A stretch of 64,000 nt of DNA from Candidatus Latescibacterota bacterium (GTDB taxonomy: Bacteria; Latescibacterota; UBA2968): contig OZ220741.1 in the NCBI GenBank assembly GCA_965116885.1, forward strand, positions 5,312,001-5,376,000, in the 5' to 3' direction. The notes beneath the pieces were generated by a model. The model searched no databases. It saw only the letters and a list, made by a program, of their open reading frames with translations, and had not been told where the DNA came from. This document shows positions 40,723 to 50,542 of the stretch, piece by piece. The position numbers were made by a program, and so were the translations under genes. The first letter of the stretch is position 1, and every line of letters begins with the position of its first letter.

Positions 40723-41751
40723 ATGCCACAAATCAAAATAGGCAAAGGTATTGGCGATATCTCAGAGCAGACATTGCGCTTTTATCGGCAAATTGGGGTC
40801 GATGCGGTATCGATACCAACGCGATGGCGCACAGAACCGGGAACGGGTGAACGCAAACTGGTCCCGCCGACACAGACGGGACCAAAAGGCGCGCAGGGAG
40901 GGATATGGGACGAGCGAGAATTGCAACGCATCAAAGCGAGGATCGAATCGTATGACCTCATACCTCTAATCACAGGACTGGGTATTTCAGGGCGCGTATT
41001 AATGGGCCAACCGGGCAGAGCGGACGATCTGAAAATTATCAAAGCCAATATCGAAATCGCAGGGCGGCTGGGACTTCGGGCATTAAACTACAGTTTCACA
41101 GCCCTCAGAGCCTCAGAAGGATATGCGGCGCAACGAGGTGTGGGACGCGGCGGCGCAGATCTGCGGGATTTTGACAACGAGCGGATAGCCAATCTCCCCC
41201 CCCTCAATTCAATCGGGCGAATTGGGATGGATGAAATGTGGGATAATCTGACCTATTTTTTGGAAAACGCGGTCCCAACAGCAGAAAAAGCGGGTGTACA
41301 ATTGGCCGCGCATCCCAATGATCCACCGATTCCAGAATATCGCGGCGTTGCCCAACCCCTGGGCGATATCGAGGGCATGCAACGGTTGATCGAAGTGATA
41401 GACAGCCCATCAAATTGCATTTTTTACGACACCGGCGTAATGACGGAAAAAGGCGCAGACGCCGTCGAAATGATTCGCTATTTTGGATCGCGGAATCGCA
41501 TTGGAACCGTACATTTCCGAAACGTGAAAGTGGAAATACCCCGTTTTAAGTATATCGAGACCTTTCACGATGACGGCGAATGCGATATGTTTGCCTGCGT
41601 ACAGGCATTTCAAGAGGTGGGTTACAACGGCATGATCGACCCCGACCACACGCCGGGCATCCTGGGCGATACACCAGATACGCGCATAGGCTGGGCGTAT
41701 GCCATCGGTCAAATGGTGGCGATGCGAAATGCCGTAGAAAAAAACAAATAA
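40723..41751 (+). CDS. Mannonate dehydratase (UxuA)-like protein
   Basis: HPNDPP, VHFRNV, ETFHDDGECDM, DPDHTP, AYAIG. Confidence 0.82.
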   Translation: MPQIKIGKGIGDISEQTLRFYRQIGVDAVSIPTRWRTEPGTGERKLVPPTQTGPKGAQGGIWDERELQRIKARIESYDLIPLITGLGISGRVLMGQPGRADDLKIIKANIEIAGRLGLRALNYSFTALRASEGYAAQRGVGRGGADLRDFDNERIANLPPLNSIGRIGMDEMWDNLTYFLENAVPTAEKAGVQLAAHPNDPPIPEYRGVAQPLGDIEGMQRLIEVIDSPSNCIFYDTGVMTEKGADAVEMIRYFGSRNRIGTVHFRNVKVEIPRFKYIETFHDDGECDMFACVQAFQEVGYNGMIDPDHTPGILGDTPDTRIGWAYAIGQMVAMRNAVEKNK

Positions 41752-41782
41752 AAAAGCCCCAACGCGAAAAAGCGTTGGGGCT
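41751..41782. terminator. Terminator between convergent genes
   Basis: agccccaacgc-gaaaaa-gcgttggggct with an A tract. Confidence 0.8.
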
Positions 41783-41799
41783 GCATGTGATATTGCGTG

Positions 41800-41925
41800 T
41801 CAAAAACTGAGAACACTATAAACCAGAGTAATCGCAAAAATTACGCCTATAATGCCCATGGCGACTTTGAATTGTAAGCTGATTCTATCCTCTTCCCGGT
41901 CGCGCAATTCGTTGAAAGTCTGCAT
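41800..41925 (-). CDS. 41-aa single-TM small protein (below the ORF-track cutoff)
   Basis: MQTFNELRDREEDRISLQFKVAMGIIGVIFAITLVYSVLSF*; RBS gggggaga; upstream TTGACT-16-TATTAT; downstream terminator. Confidence 0.7.
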   Translation of the reverse strand: MQTFNELRDREEDRISLQFKVAMGIIGVIFAITLVYSVLSF

Positions 41926-42082
41926 AGCTCTCCCCCTTTGAGTAGTGCGGACGGATATGTTCTATATAAATAATACTAATTTCTCATATTAAGTCAATAG
42001 ACAAAATACGACTCTTGACATTTTATACAGATAAATCTATCGTTTGCAGTAGCTTTTGTATGAATGTTATACTCGGAGAAAT

Positions 42083-43057
42083 ATGCAAATGAAGTGGGTG
42101 GTCGTAATTGTAACAGTTATAGTTGTAGGTGCGCTGGGCGTTGCCTACCATCTGAATACCAATTTTCCCAAAGCTGATCCGCCTTATAATATTCGCGTAT
42201 CGGGAACACCCGAACAGATCGAGCGAGGACGTTATTTAGCCAATCACGTCACGGTATGTCTCGAATGCCATTCAACACGGGATTGGGCGCATTATTCTGC
42301 GCCACCGCTGCCGGGCACCGAGGGTAAAGGCGGCGAGGTATTTCCCGAAACAGCGGGATTTCCAGGCACCTTGATCGCGCCCAATATCACGCCAGCAGCT
42401 TTGGGAGATTGGACAGATGGCGAAATCATTAGGGCTTTTACCAGCGGCGTAAACAAAAACGGCGATCCGCTTTTCCCACTGATGCCCTATCGCGCATATC
42501 GAAATCTCATGCCAGCAGATATTGACGCCATTGTCGCTTATGTGCGTACCCTATCTCCCATTGACCATATCCCGCCGCGATCCAAATTGAATTTTCCCAT
42601 GAACCTGATAGTACGCACAATGCCAGAACCCTATAAACTCCCCAAACCGGTTGATCGTTCAGACCCCGTTGCTTATGGCAAGTATTTGGCGACCATTGCC
42701 GGATGTGCCACTTGCCATACGCCTCATGATCAAAAACAGAGGGAGCCAGTTGAAGACATGGAATTCGCCGGAGGATTTCAATTCCGATTGCCCAGTGGCA
42801 AAACCGTGCAATCGGCCAATATTACACCCGACGTAGAAACGGGAATTGGGCATTGGAAAAAAGAGTACTTCATCGGGCGTTTCAGGCAATTTGCCGGAGA
42901 AAACGCAAAACATATCCTATTGCAAGACGGCATGAACAGCGTGATGCCCTGGACGATGTACGCGGGCATGACAGACGAAGACCTCAGCGCCATCTACGAC
43001 TATCTGCAAACCGTCGCGCCAATCCGAAATGCCGTCGAACGATTTGTGGAAGAATAA
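42083..43057 (+). CDS. Membrane-anchored dihaem cytochrome c
   Basis: N-terminal TM, CLECH and CATCH, NITP motifs, MPY/MPW; promoter TTGACA(42015)-17-TATCGT. Confidence 0.9.
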   Translation: MQMKWVVVIVTVIVVGALGVAYHLNTNFPKADPPYNIRVSGTPEQIERGRYLANHVTVCLECHSTRDWAHYSAPPLPGTEGKGGEVFPETAGFPGTLIAPNITPAALGDWTDGEIIRAFTSGVNKNGDPLFPLMPYRAYRNLMPADIDAIVAYVRTLSPIDHIPPRSKLNFPMNLIVRTMPEPYKLPKPVDRSDPVAYGKYLATIAGCATCHTPHDQKQREPVEDMEFAGGFQFRLPSGKTVQSANITPDVETGIGHWKKEYFIGRFRQFAGENAKHILLQDGMNSVMPWTMYAGMTDEDLSAIYDYLQTVAPIRNAVERFVEE

Positions 43058-43067
43058 AGAGGAAAAT

Positions 43068-43844
43068 ATGGAATCGGGTTCCGGAGCATTTAATTTTAAT
43101 CGCGTCAAAGTATGGTATCATTGCCCGCAAGACCGTCTTACCGACCTGCCAGTGGTATTTGTCCTGCACGGAGCCTCGCGCAATGCCAGCACCTATCGCG
43201 ACACCTGGGCCAGCCATGCCGATACGCACGGATTTTTGTTATTGTCTCCAGAATTTTCACAGGAGAATTATCCAGATGAAACAACGTTTAACCTCGGCAA
43301 TGTATTTGCCGAAGATGGCACGCGAAATGCCATGGCCGATTGGTCCTTTCAAATAATTGAAGGCATTTTTCACCACGTCAAAAAACAAGTGGGACTCCGG
43401 GCATCGTCCTATGGATTTTATGGACATTCGGCGGGCAGCCAGTTTGTACACCGATTTTTGTACTTCATGCCTCAGTCACATGCACACATCTTTGTAGCGG
43501 CCAACGCCGGATGGTACACCATGCCCACATTCAAACAGACCTATCCCTATGGACTGGCCGAATCGGGTCTGACGGCCACGGATTTGAAACGATCTCTGAA
43601 CCAGCGGGTTGTGGTACTCCTGGGCACTGATGATGTGGATGTAAACCACCCCAAATTGAGGCGCACACCACAGGCAATGATGCAGGGCGCACACCGCTTT
43701 GAACGCGGCCACACATTTTTTGAAACGGCAAAACGAGAAGCCGAAGCACTAAACGTGTCATTTAACTGGCAGTTGGACACAGTACCCAACGTGGGACACA
43801 ACAATGCGGGAATGGCAAAAGTAGGCGTTGAATATTTGGTGTGA
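43068..43844 (+). CDS. Alpha/beta hydrolase (esterase-like)
   Basis: VLHG, GHSAG, ANAGWY, VGH. Confidence 0.85.
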   Translation: MESGSGAFNFNRVKVWYHCPQDRLTDLPVVFVLHGASRNASTYRDTWASHADTHGFLLLSPEFSQENYPDETTFNLGNVFAEDGTRNAMADWSFQIIEGIFHHVKKQVGLRASSYGFYGHSAGSQFVHRFLYFMPQSHAHIFVAANAGWYTMPTFKQTYPYGLAESGLTATDLKRSLNQRVVVLLGTDDVDVNHPKLRRTPQAMMQGAHRFERGHTFFETAKREAEALNVSFNWQLDTVPNVGHNNAGMAKVGVEYLV

Positions 43845-43846
43845 TC

Positions 43847-43909
43847 GTAGGGACAACCCCCTGTGGTTGTCCTTGTCCTAACGGGCGGGCACAGGGGCGC
43901 CGCCCCTAC
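43847..43909. repeat. GTAG-family REP doublet
   Basis: gtagggacaacc-ccctgt-ggttgtcc then gggcgggcacaggggcgccgcccctac (matches 765-794). Confidence 0.7.
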
Positions 43910-43948
43910 CTTCTTACGTCTCACCTCTTACTGCTTGTTTTGCTAAAC

Positions 43949-44293
43949 AAAAAAAGAATGGCCGCGATCCCTGTTATCGCGGCCATTTATGTACTACAAG
44001 TCATGGAACCTCTTATGTCAGCCGATCGGGTGAGAGGCCCTAACACCCGACCGCTGGATACAGATTGGTGGCATAGTAACCTCCTCTTGTGCGTATTGCG
44101 GCCCGTCACGCCCACTCGCGGTCCGATGAACTCTCTATGCCCTGTATGTTTGCGCGAAGGTCTAAAGAACGGTATCCAAGTCGGGTTACCGAATGGCGGT
44201 AACGAGTCCGACGGAAAAAAAGACCAGATGTAAAAACACACGGGCGAGAACCTTTTCGAGCGGAATGCCGCCTGACGATTCATATCGCCTGTT
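43949..44293 (-). ncRNA. Candidate structured ncRNA or micropeptide transcript
   Basis: Promoter TTGACA(44329)-18-TATATT; several hairpins; strong RBS before an 18-aa ORF; terminator aatggccgcgat-aacaggg-atcgcggccatt-cT7. Confidence 0.5.
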
Positions 44294-44436
44294 ATTTGAA
44301 ATATAACCCGATAAATTGTAGGATGTCAAGAGCCAATTTGAACTTTTTTATAAGTATCTTTAGACAAAATTATGTACTATATATCAATGCCCAATCCGCG
44401 CTAATCATTTTAGCCATAGAACAGGAGAACACAGAT

Positions 44437-46032
44437 ATGGGATATGGCAAACGAGAAGACCCGAAACTGTTTAACGACGAGCAAATGCGTCAATATATCG
44501 CAGACGGATACGTGGTTTTTAAACCAGATGTGCCCGATGACCTGCACGAGACAATTCGCCGAAAACTGCAATTTATGGTCGATGAAGAATTCAATTACGG
44601 CAACAACGTGCTGCCCCGCGTCCCCGAGATGGATCGTATCTTAAACAGCCCAGAAGTGCGGGGCGCGCTCATCAGCGTACTCGGCCCGGGATATATCGAA
44701 CACCCGCATCGGTTTTGTCACTACATCGCGCCCGACGCAACACACAGAACACTCGCCCAAAATTGTCATCAAGATTCTTACACCCCCCTGGGACGCCCGC
44801 GCCAACACTACCCGCGCTTTGCGCGCATCATGTACTATCCTCAGGACTCACCCGTTGAAATCGGTCCCACACACGCGATTCCCGGCACACAGTATCACAG
44901 GCGATTGACAGATGAAGACCGCCAGAACGCCATACCAATAGCCGGCAAAGCCGGCACAGTATCAATCACACACTTTGATGTGGGACACGCCGCAGGCATC
45001 AACGCACGTCGCCAACCCCGGCATATGATCAAATTCATTTACGTGCGCGCAGAAGAACCGACCGCCCCCTCGTGGGATTGCCGGGATCACATCTGGCGAA
45101 ACCCCGAAACATACAAAACACCGCATGATCTGCACCTGATCTGGTCGCATATATGGGATTGGCTCTGTGGCAAAAAGGACCGATACGAAAGTTTTCGCGC
45201 ATCAGACCCCGCAACTTGTGGATTGGAAGACCTGCATCACGACAACTTGGACAAACAACTCGCATCCATGCACTCGATAGCCGCGACAAAAAACACCGAT
45301 GCAATTCCAGCATTGATTCACAAGCTCAATACCGACGATCAGTGGACGCGCCTCGCAGCTATATATACCCTGGGCGCAATAGGTCAACCCGCAGTACAGC
45401 CTCTAATGGAAGCACTCTTAGACGCCGCTATGCATCAAGACGAGGACCCCGTACCCGCATCGTGGAACGAAGGCGCCATCTCGATGGAAGATGCCGCCCA
45501 TGCACTTGTCGCCATAGGCACACCTTCACTGGATCCTCTAATTGGACTACTGGACAACCCGAGCGAATGGACACGCATCAACGCGGCCTTCGCGCTCGGT
45601 GAAATGGATTCTCTGGCGACACAAGCCGTCCCTGCACTCACGCGCTGTCTGGACGATGCATCTCACTGCGTCGTGCGAACAGCTACAGATGCACTGGGCA
45701 GCATTCGGCAAAACAGCAAAGAATATATACCCGTACTCGAGCGGCTGCTCAAAGTGGGACGCCCCGAATGGCAAATGCCCGACCGACGCGACTGGACGCC
45801 CTATGACCAGGTCCGCGTCAACGCCGCAATGGCATTTACGCGCCTGGGCAAAGACGCCACATCTGCCGAAGCTCTCCTGCTCGACACATTATCCGATCCC
45901 AACGGTCACGTCGCTGCATTTGCCCTGGAAGCATTGCGGCGGATAGGCACGCCCTCGGCAATGGATGGCGTCATGGAATATCTGATGACGCGGCGGTGGG
46001 ATGAAAGCATTGAGAAAGGAAGACTATTTTGA
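44437..46032 (+). CDS. Phytanoyl-CoA dioxygenase-like (2OG-Fe) domain fused to HEAT repeats
   Basis: HQD...GPT..IPGTQ...GH.A; C-terminal AAFALGEM, ATDALGSI, ALEALRRIG repeats. Confidence 0.85.
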   Translation: MGYGKREDPKLFNDEQMRQYIADGYVVFKPDVPDDLHETIRRKLQFMVDEEFNYGNNVLPRVPEMDRILNSPEVRGALISVLGPGYIEHPHRFCHYIAPDATHRTLAQNCHQDSYTPLGRPRQHYPRFARIMYYPQDSPVEIGPTHAIPGTQYHRRLTDEDRQNAIPIAGKAGTVSITHFDVGHAAGINARRQPRHMIKFIYVRAEEPTAPSWDCRDHIWRNPETYKTPHDLHLIWSHIWDWLCGKKDRYESFRASDPATCGLEDLHHDNLDKQLASMHSIAATKNTDAIPALIHKLNTDDQWTRLAAIYTLGAIGQPAVQPLMEALLDAAMHQDEDPVPASWNEGAISMEDAAHALVAIGTPSLDPLIGLLDNPSEWTRINAAFALGEMDSLATQAVPALTRCLDDASHCVVRTATDALGSIRQNSKEYIPVLERLLKVGRPEWQMPDRRDWTPYDQVRVNAAMAFTRLGKDATSAEALLLDTLSDPNGHVAAFALEALRRIGTPSAMDGVMEYLMTRRWDESIEKGRLF

Positions 46033-47279
46033 ACACACGACACTTGATTTCAACGCAGGGATCGGACCGCGGAACGGGATATAACATGAGCGGGAAACTG
46101 ATTCGGCGCGATGGCAAACTATTTATCGGATGGTTGGATGCCCCATCAGAAAAGGGCACACAGGCGAGAATCATGATAGGCGTTTGTGACGAAGTATCTG
46201 GCGAGATGCACCGGGCATTTCAAATTGGCGAAGGCATTGACAATCACTGTGGCCCCGCCCTGATACTGGACAGCAACGGACGATTGCACGCCCTCGTCGG
46301 AGCGCATCACGGCCCATTTTTTTATCGATGGTCGGACAACCCGGAAGCCCCGAATACCTGGAGTGAGCCAGAGGCATTGGGCACATTGGGCACATATCCC
46401 AGCCTGACATTAGATCAGCACGGAACACTTCACCTATCGCATCGCGAGAGCGGGGACAGATGGGCTATGTGGTACCGGCGAAAAAAAGCAAACCAGAGTT
46501 GGGAACCACCGCGTTCAATTGCAGTAAGCCCGGTCGCGGGATACAATCATTTCATGCAATCTCTGACCACGGGACCAGACGGAACTCTGCATCTAATATT
46601 TCAATTTCACTTTGCGGAATCTGGACATGCAGCAGATTGCCGGGGACGCGCAGCGGTACATGTATATTCAGAAGACGGCGGCGATACGTGGTTTAACGAA
46701 GGTGCGGGCTTTGACGACCCATTGACAATGGAAACCATGCGAGCCATTTGTCACGACCCGCATGGCGGAGATGGTCAGCACAGCGTGCGCGTGGGCAATC
46801 ACGTCGTAGATGCAAACAATCAACCGTGGTTCTTCTGTTCATATCCCGGGTATCAAAGCGGCGTATTGTGGCATCGCAGCGACGCGGGATGGGAGCCTGT
46901 GGATCTATCCCCGGTCCTCAATGGCTTAAACATGGAAGGCGGACGCGCGACATCGCTATCCCGAGATCACAAAGGCAGATTGCACTTTGCATTTGCAACA
47001 CATCCGCACAAAAAGCGGTGTGAATGGTTCAGCCCCGAACTGGAATTATTTTACGCAATACTCGACGAAAAGGGCGGATTGGTTTCCTTAGACCAACTCA
47101 CGGCAACCGACAACGCGGCAGCGAACTGGCTACCCGCACTGGAGCAATGGGACTGGACGCGCCCCCATCAAAAGTTCAATAATGGTCACTGGATGATGTA
47201 CACACGCGGCTTAAATGCCGGTGGCATTGGCGGCGACAACAAAAGCGCATTGAAGACAGAAATTTATTTAACCCGATAA
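46029..47279 (+). CDS. BNR-4 repeat/sialidase-like beta-propeller protein
   Basis: DNHCGPAL..D.NG.LH...GAH, TYPSL, YSEDGGDTW; TTG start overlapping the upstream stop. Confidence 0.75.
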   Translation: MNTRHLISTQGSDRGTGYNMSGKLIRRDGKLFIGWLDAPSEKGTQARIMIGVCDEVSGEMHRAFQIGEGIDNHCGPALILDSNGRLHALVGAHHGPFFYRWSDNPEAPNTWSEPEALGTLGTYPSLTLDQHGTLHLSHRESGDRWAMWYRRKKANQSWEPPRSIAVSPVAGYNHFMQSLTTGPDGTLHLIFQFHFAESGHAADCRGRAAVHVYSEDGGDTWFNEGAGFDDPLTMETMRAICHDPHGGDGQHSVRVGNHVVDANNQPWFFCSYPGYQSGVLWHRSDAGWEPVDLSPVLNGLNMEGGRATSLSRDHKGRLHFAFATHPHKKRCEWFSPELELFYAILDEKGGLVSLDQLTATDNAAANWLPALEQWDWTRPHQKFNNGHWMMYTRGLNAGGIGGDNKSALKTEIYLTR

Positions 47280-47318
47280 ATTTATTGAATCCTTCCTGCT
47301 GAACCTCCAAAAAAAAAG

Positions 47319-47385
47319 TTGACATCTGAGATCATTTACTCTATTTTCTTAAGTAACTCTAAAAAATAGAGAACTCTAAAACCTG
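47319..47385 (+). promoter_or_regulatory. Promoter with three ACTCTA boxes (putative operator)
   Basis: TTGACA-17-TATTTT; ACTCTA at 47338, 47356 and 47373; the middle box is the palindrome ctcta-n5-tagag. Confidence 0.55.
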
Positions 47386-47401
47386 TTAAAGGAGGAATCA
47401 A

Positions 47402-47971
47402 ATGCAACCCACCCAAAAATTTGAGGAGGACGTGGCCTTCGTCCGCGAGGCCGTTGAAAAGCGCGATCGAATGCAATACAAATCCATTGCCATAGCCGTG
47501 CTCTGGGCCATCATCTTTGTCGCCGGTTCTGTGCTCAACGATTTTCGTCCCAAAGTGAGCCACCTCTATTGGCCCATCGCAACCTTCACCGGATTCCTGA
47601 TCAGCATCTGGATCGGCGTGCGGGCGAAGTGGGCGGAGGGCATCGCAAAACGCAGCGATAGGACTAAGCACGTCCTGCACTGGGGCAGTTTGTTTTTTAC
47701 GACTTACGCTGTTGCATTCATTGCCTTGCGACACGGCCTGGATGGCTGGGTGATGGGCCAGTTCATGACTCTAATCGTTGGTGTCACCTGGTACCTGGGC
47801 GGTCTGTATCTGGACCGTCGCTTTCTTCTGCCCGGCGTCGTATCTATCGTAAGTGCCCCTGCTGTTGACTATCTCGCGCCTTACCCCTGGACCATGACCG
47901 GTCTGGCCATCGCCGCCAGCATAATCATCAGTGCCTTATGGATGAAACCTCATGACAAAAGCATTGTCTGA
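47402..47971 (+). CDS. Multi-pass membrane protein
   Basis: About six hydrophobic helices; RBS aaggagga. Confidence 0.8.
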   Translation: MQPTQKFEEDVAFVREAVEKRDRMQYKSIAIAVLWAIIFVAGSVLNDFRPKVSHLYWPIATFTGFLISIWIGVRAKWAEGIAKRSDRTKHVLHWGSLFFTTYAVAFIALRHGLDGWVMGQFMTLIVGVTWYLGGLYLDRRFLLPGVVSIVSAPAVDYLAPYPWTMTGLAIAASIIISALWMKPHDKSIV

Positions 47972-48281
47972 AAACACCTCCGATAGTCTTGCCCAACTGG
48001 ACAAACTGCTGGAACACCGGTCTCGGCTCGGCGCCTGTGTACTCCTCGCCGACACCGATGCCATGACCTTTACCAGTTTGAAACAACTGCTAAAAGAAAC
48101 CGACGGCAACATGGGCGCGCACCTGCGAAAACTGGAAGACATGGGCTATGTCGATATTGACAAGCGATTCGAAAACCGAAAACCCGTCACCTGGTACAGC
48201 CTCACGGAAAAAGGCCGCAGGTCTTTAACCACACACTTAAAAGCCCTGCAAACCGTAATCCAAAGTGCTGGTATCGACTGA
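47952..48281 (+). CDS. Winged-helix transcriptional regulator (HTH_34/ArsR-MarR-like)
   Basis: FTSLKQLL.ETDGNMGAHLRKLE..GYV...K.F..RKPVTWYSLT.KG. Confidence 0.9.
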   Translation: MTKALSENTSDSLAQLDKLLEHRSRLGACVLLADTDAMTFTSLKQLLKETDGNMGAHLRKLEDMGYVDIDKRFENRKPVTWYSLTEKGRRSLTTHLKALQTVIQSAGID

Positions 48282-48294
48282 CAGGCGTAAAAAC

Positions 48295-50526
48295 ATGAAA
48301 CATCTCCCCACATCCACAACGCAATGGGCAAAGGTCCTCCTCCTTCTGTCTTTCGCTATGCCCGCCCTTGCACAGAATCACGCCTTTATACAGGGTCAGG
48401 TACTCGACGAAACAGATCGCCCAGTAGCCTATGTCAACGTACAAATCACGGGCACTCTCGACGGCGCAATCACCGATCGCGACGGCCGCTTTGCCTTCTC
48501 CACACAGCACATGGGCAAATGCAAATTACACGCATCCTTCATCGGCTATGAACCCGCTCAGCAAACCCTGTATCTAACGCCCGGCGATACCACAACCGTT
48601 CGCCTGATCCTGCGCCTCGTCCTCATCGAACTCGACGAAACCACTGTCACGGCAAGCACCTATACCACTGGGGAAGACGAAACCGTAACCCTCTCCCCCC
48701 TGGACGTCGTGACAACACCTGGCGCTTCTGCCGATATATTCCGCGCATTCAAAACCTTCCCCGGCGTTGCAACTGTTGACGATGGCGCTGGCCTCTTTGT
48801 GCGCGGAGGCGACGTAAGCGAAACCGTCATATTACTCGGACAAGCCACAGTCGTGCATCCCTACAAATACGAATCGCCCACTGGCGGCGTCTTCGGCACC
48901 ATATCTCCCTTTATGGTACAGGGCACCGTCTTCTCCACAGGCGGATTTCCCGCGCGCTATGGCAACGCGCTTTCCGCTGTCCTGTCCATGGAAACCCAGA
49001 ACATGCCCGCGCAGAAAAGCTACACACTCAACCTGGGCCTCGCCGCTGGCTCTCTCGGCCTCGACCGGCCCCTTGTATCCGACAAATTGGGCGTACGCTT
49101 CACCGGCAACCTCAGCTTTACCGATCTCTTATTTCGCATCAACCGCCACAGCAGCGCATTCACTACCACGCCGCGCGGACACGACGGCAACCTCAATTTG
49201 ATCTACCAGTACTCGCCGACCGGACGCCTCAAATTCTTCAGCTTCAACGCGAGCGACCGCCTCGGCGTGCGCGTCACAGAACCCTCCTTTGACGGCATTT
49301 ACAAAGGCAGTTCCAACAGCGCGTTGCACAACCTCGAGTGGATGGAGGTATTCGCCAATTGGGTCATAGAGACCAGCGCCTCGCTCAACCACCACACTGC
49401 GCGAAAACAACTGGGCAATCTGGATTTCTCGCCCCGCGACCTGACCCTCAAACTTCGCACCGACATAGAACGCGCCCTCACCACATCTGCGTTCTTGCGC
49501 CTCGGCGGCGAAATCGAACACACAGACAACCGATTCGTAGGCAGCATACCCCAGGGCGATATATTCGATCCCCAGGCAGAGATCTTTGAACTCGATACAT
49601 CCTACGGTGCCCGGCGCGCGGGTGCCTACTTTGAAATCGACTTTGAACCTGCCCACCGCATCTCGGTCAATCTCGGCACACGCGCCGATCACCACAACCT
49701 GGGCGACCAGTTTGCCATAGACCCGCGCATATCTGCGCGCTACCAGATCACCAAACACACAGACGCACGCCTCGCCTGGGGCATCTACCACCAATTTCCC
49801 GACCCGTCCAAATACAACGCCACCAACGGCAATCCCAATATAGGACCTCAACGCGCACAACACAGAATCATCGGCCTGCACCACGAACGCGACCAGTTCA
49901 TGATACGCCTGGAAGCATACCACAAACCCTACCGCAACCTCGTACTGGATCATCCCGACCTGAATATCTCCAATGACGGCAAAGGCCGTGCCTCTGGCTT
50001 AGACCTCTTCCTCAAACGCGGCGATTTTCTCAGCACGCGCTTCAGCGGATGGATGGCCTACAGCCTGCTGAGATCACGCCGCTTGCAGGTGCGCCACATC
50101 GGATCAGAGATGCTCTACGAAGAAGCCCCATCGCCTTATGGCATCACGCACAACCTGACACTCGTCGCAAAAATGCGGCTCATAGACGACCTCAGCGGCG
50201 GCCTGACTGTGAAATATGCCACGGGTCGTCCCATCACCCCAATCGTGGGCGCAATTCCCGTAGCAGACCAGAACTACTACCTGCCCATTGAAGGACGCGT
50301 CGGTTCAGAACGGCTACCGTCCTTTCGGCAAGTGGATGGACAACTGAGCTATTTGCTGCCCTTTGGCGCGAATCACCAGATCATCTTCTATTTGGCGATC
50401 AACAATTTGCTCAACCGCGCCAATGTGCTCGACTACGATTACTCTATAGACTACAGCCAACGCCAGCCCCGCACCACCTTTAGCAGATCCATTTACTTCG
50501 GAGCCACCGTTACCTTAAACCCATAG
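48295..50526 (+). CDS. TonB-dependent receptor with CarboxypepD_reg-like N-terminal domain
   Basis: Signal peptide, IQGQVLD..., SFIGYE, plug PGV...VRGG, GGFPARYG, beta-barrel C-terminus. Confidence 0.9.
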   Translation: MKHLPTSTTQWAKVLLLLSFAMPALAQNHAFIQGQVLDETDRPVAYVNVQITGTLDGAITDRDGRFAFSTQHMGKCKLHASFIGYEPAQQTLYLTPGDTTTVRLILRLVLIELDETTVTASTYTTGEDETVTLSPLDVVTTPGASADIFRAFKTFPGVATVDDGAGLFVRGGDVSETVILLGQATVVHPYKYESPTGGVFGTISPFMVQGTVFSTGGFPARYGNALSAVLSMETQNMPAQKSYTLNLGLAAGSLGLDRPLVSDKLGVRFTGNLSFTDLLFRINRHSSAFTTTPRGHDGNLNLIYQYSPTGRLKFFSFNASDRLGVRVTEPSFDGIYKGSSNSALHNLEWMEVFANWVIETSASLNHHTARKQLGNLDFSPRDLTLKLRTDIERALTTSAFLRLGGEIEHTDNRFVGSIPQGDIFDPQAEIFELDTSYGARRAGAYFEIDFEPAHRISVNLGTRADHHNLGDQFAIDPRISARYQITKHTDARLAWGIYHQFPDPSKYNATNGNPNIGPQRAQHRIIGLHHERDQFMIRLEAYHKPYRNLVLDHPDLNISNDGKGRASGLDLFLKRGDFLSTRFSGWMAYSLLRSRRLQVRHIGSEMLYEEAPSPYGITHNLTLVAKMRLIDDLSGGLTVKYATGRPITPIVGAIPVADQNYYLPIEGRVGSERLPSFRQVDGQLSYLLPFGANHQIIFYLAINNLLNRANVLDYDYSIDYSQRQPRTTFSRSIYFGATVTLNP

Positions 50527-50542
50527 ACTCAGGAGAACAGCC

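Noticed and set aside
43987..44283. 98-aa ORF on the minus strand
   Set aside because: No clear RBS, non-protein-like composition, and it runs through strong RNA hairpins
43949..44293. tmRNA, RNase P, SRP, 6S RNA or a common riboswitch
   Set aside because: No tRNA-like ends, no GAGGAAAGTCC, no SRP loop and no long terminal duplex recognised; an Infernal scan is needed to be sure
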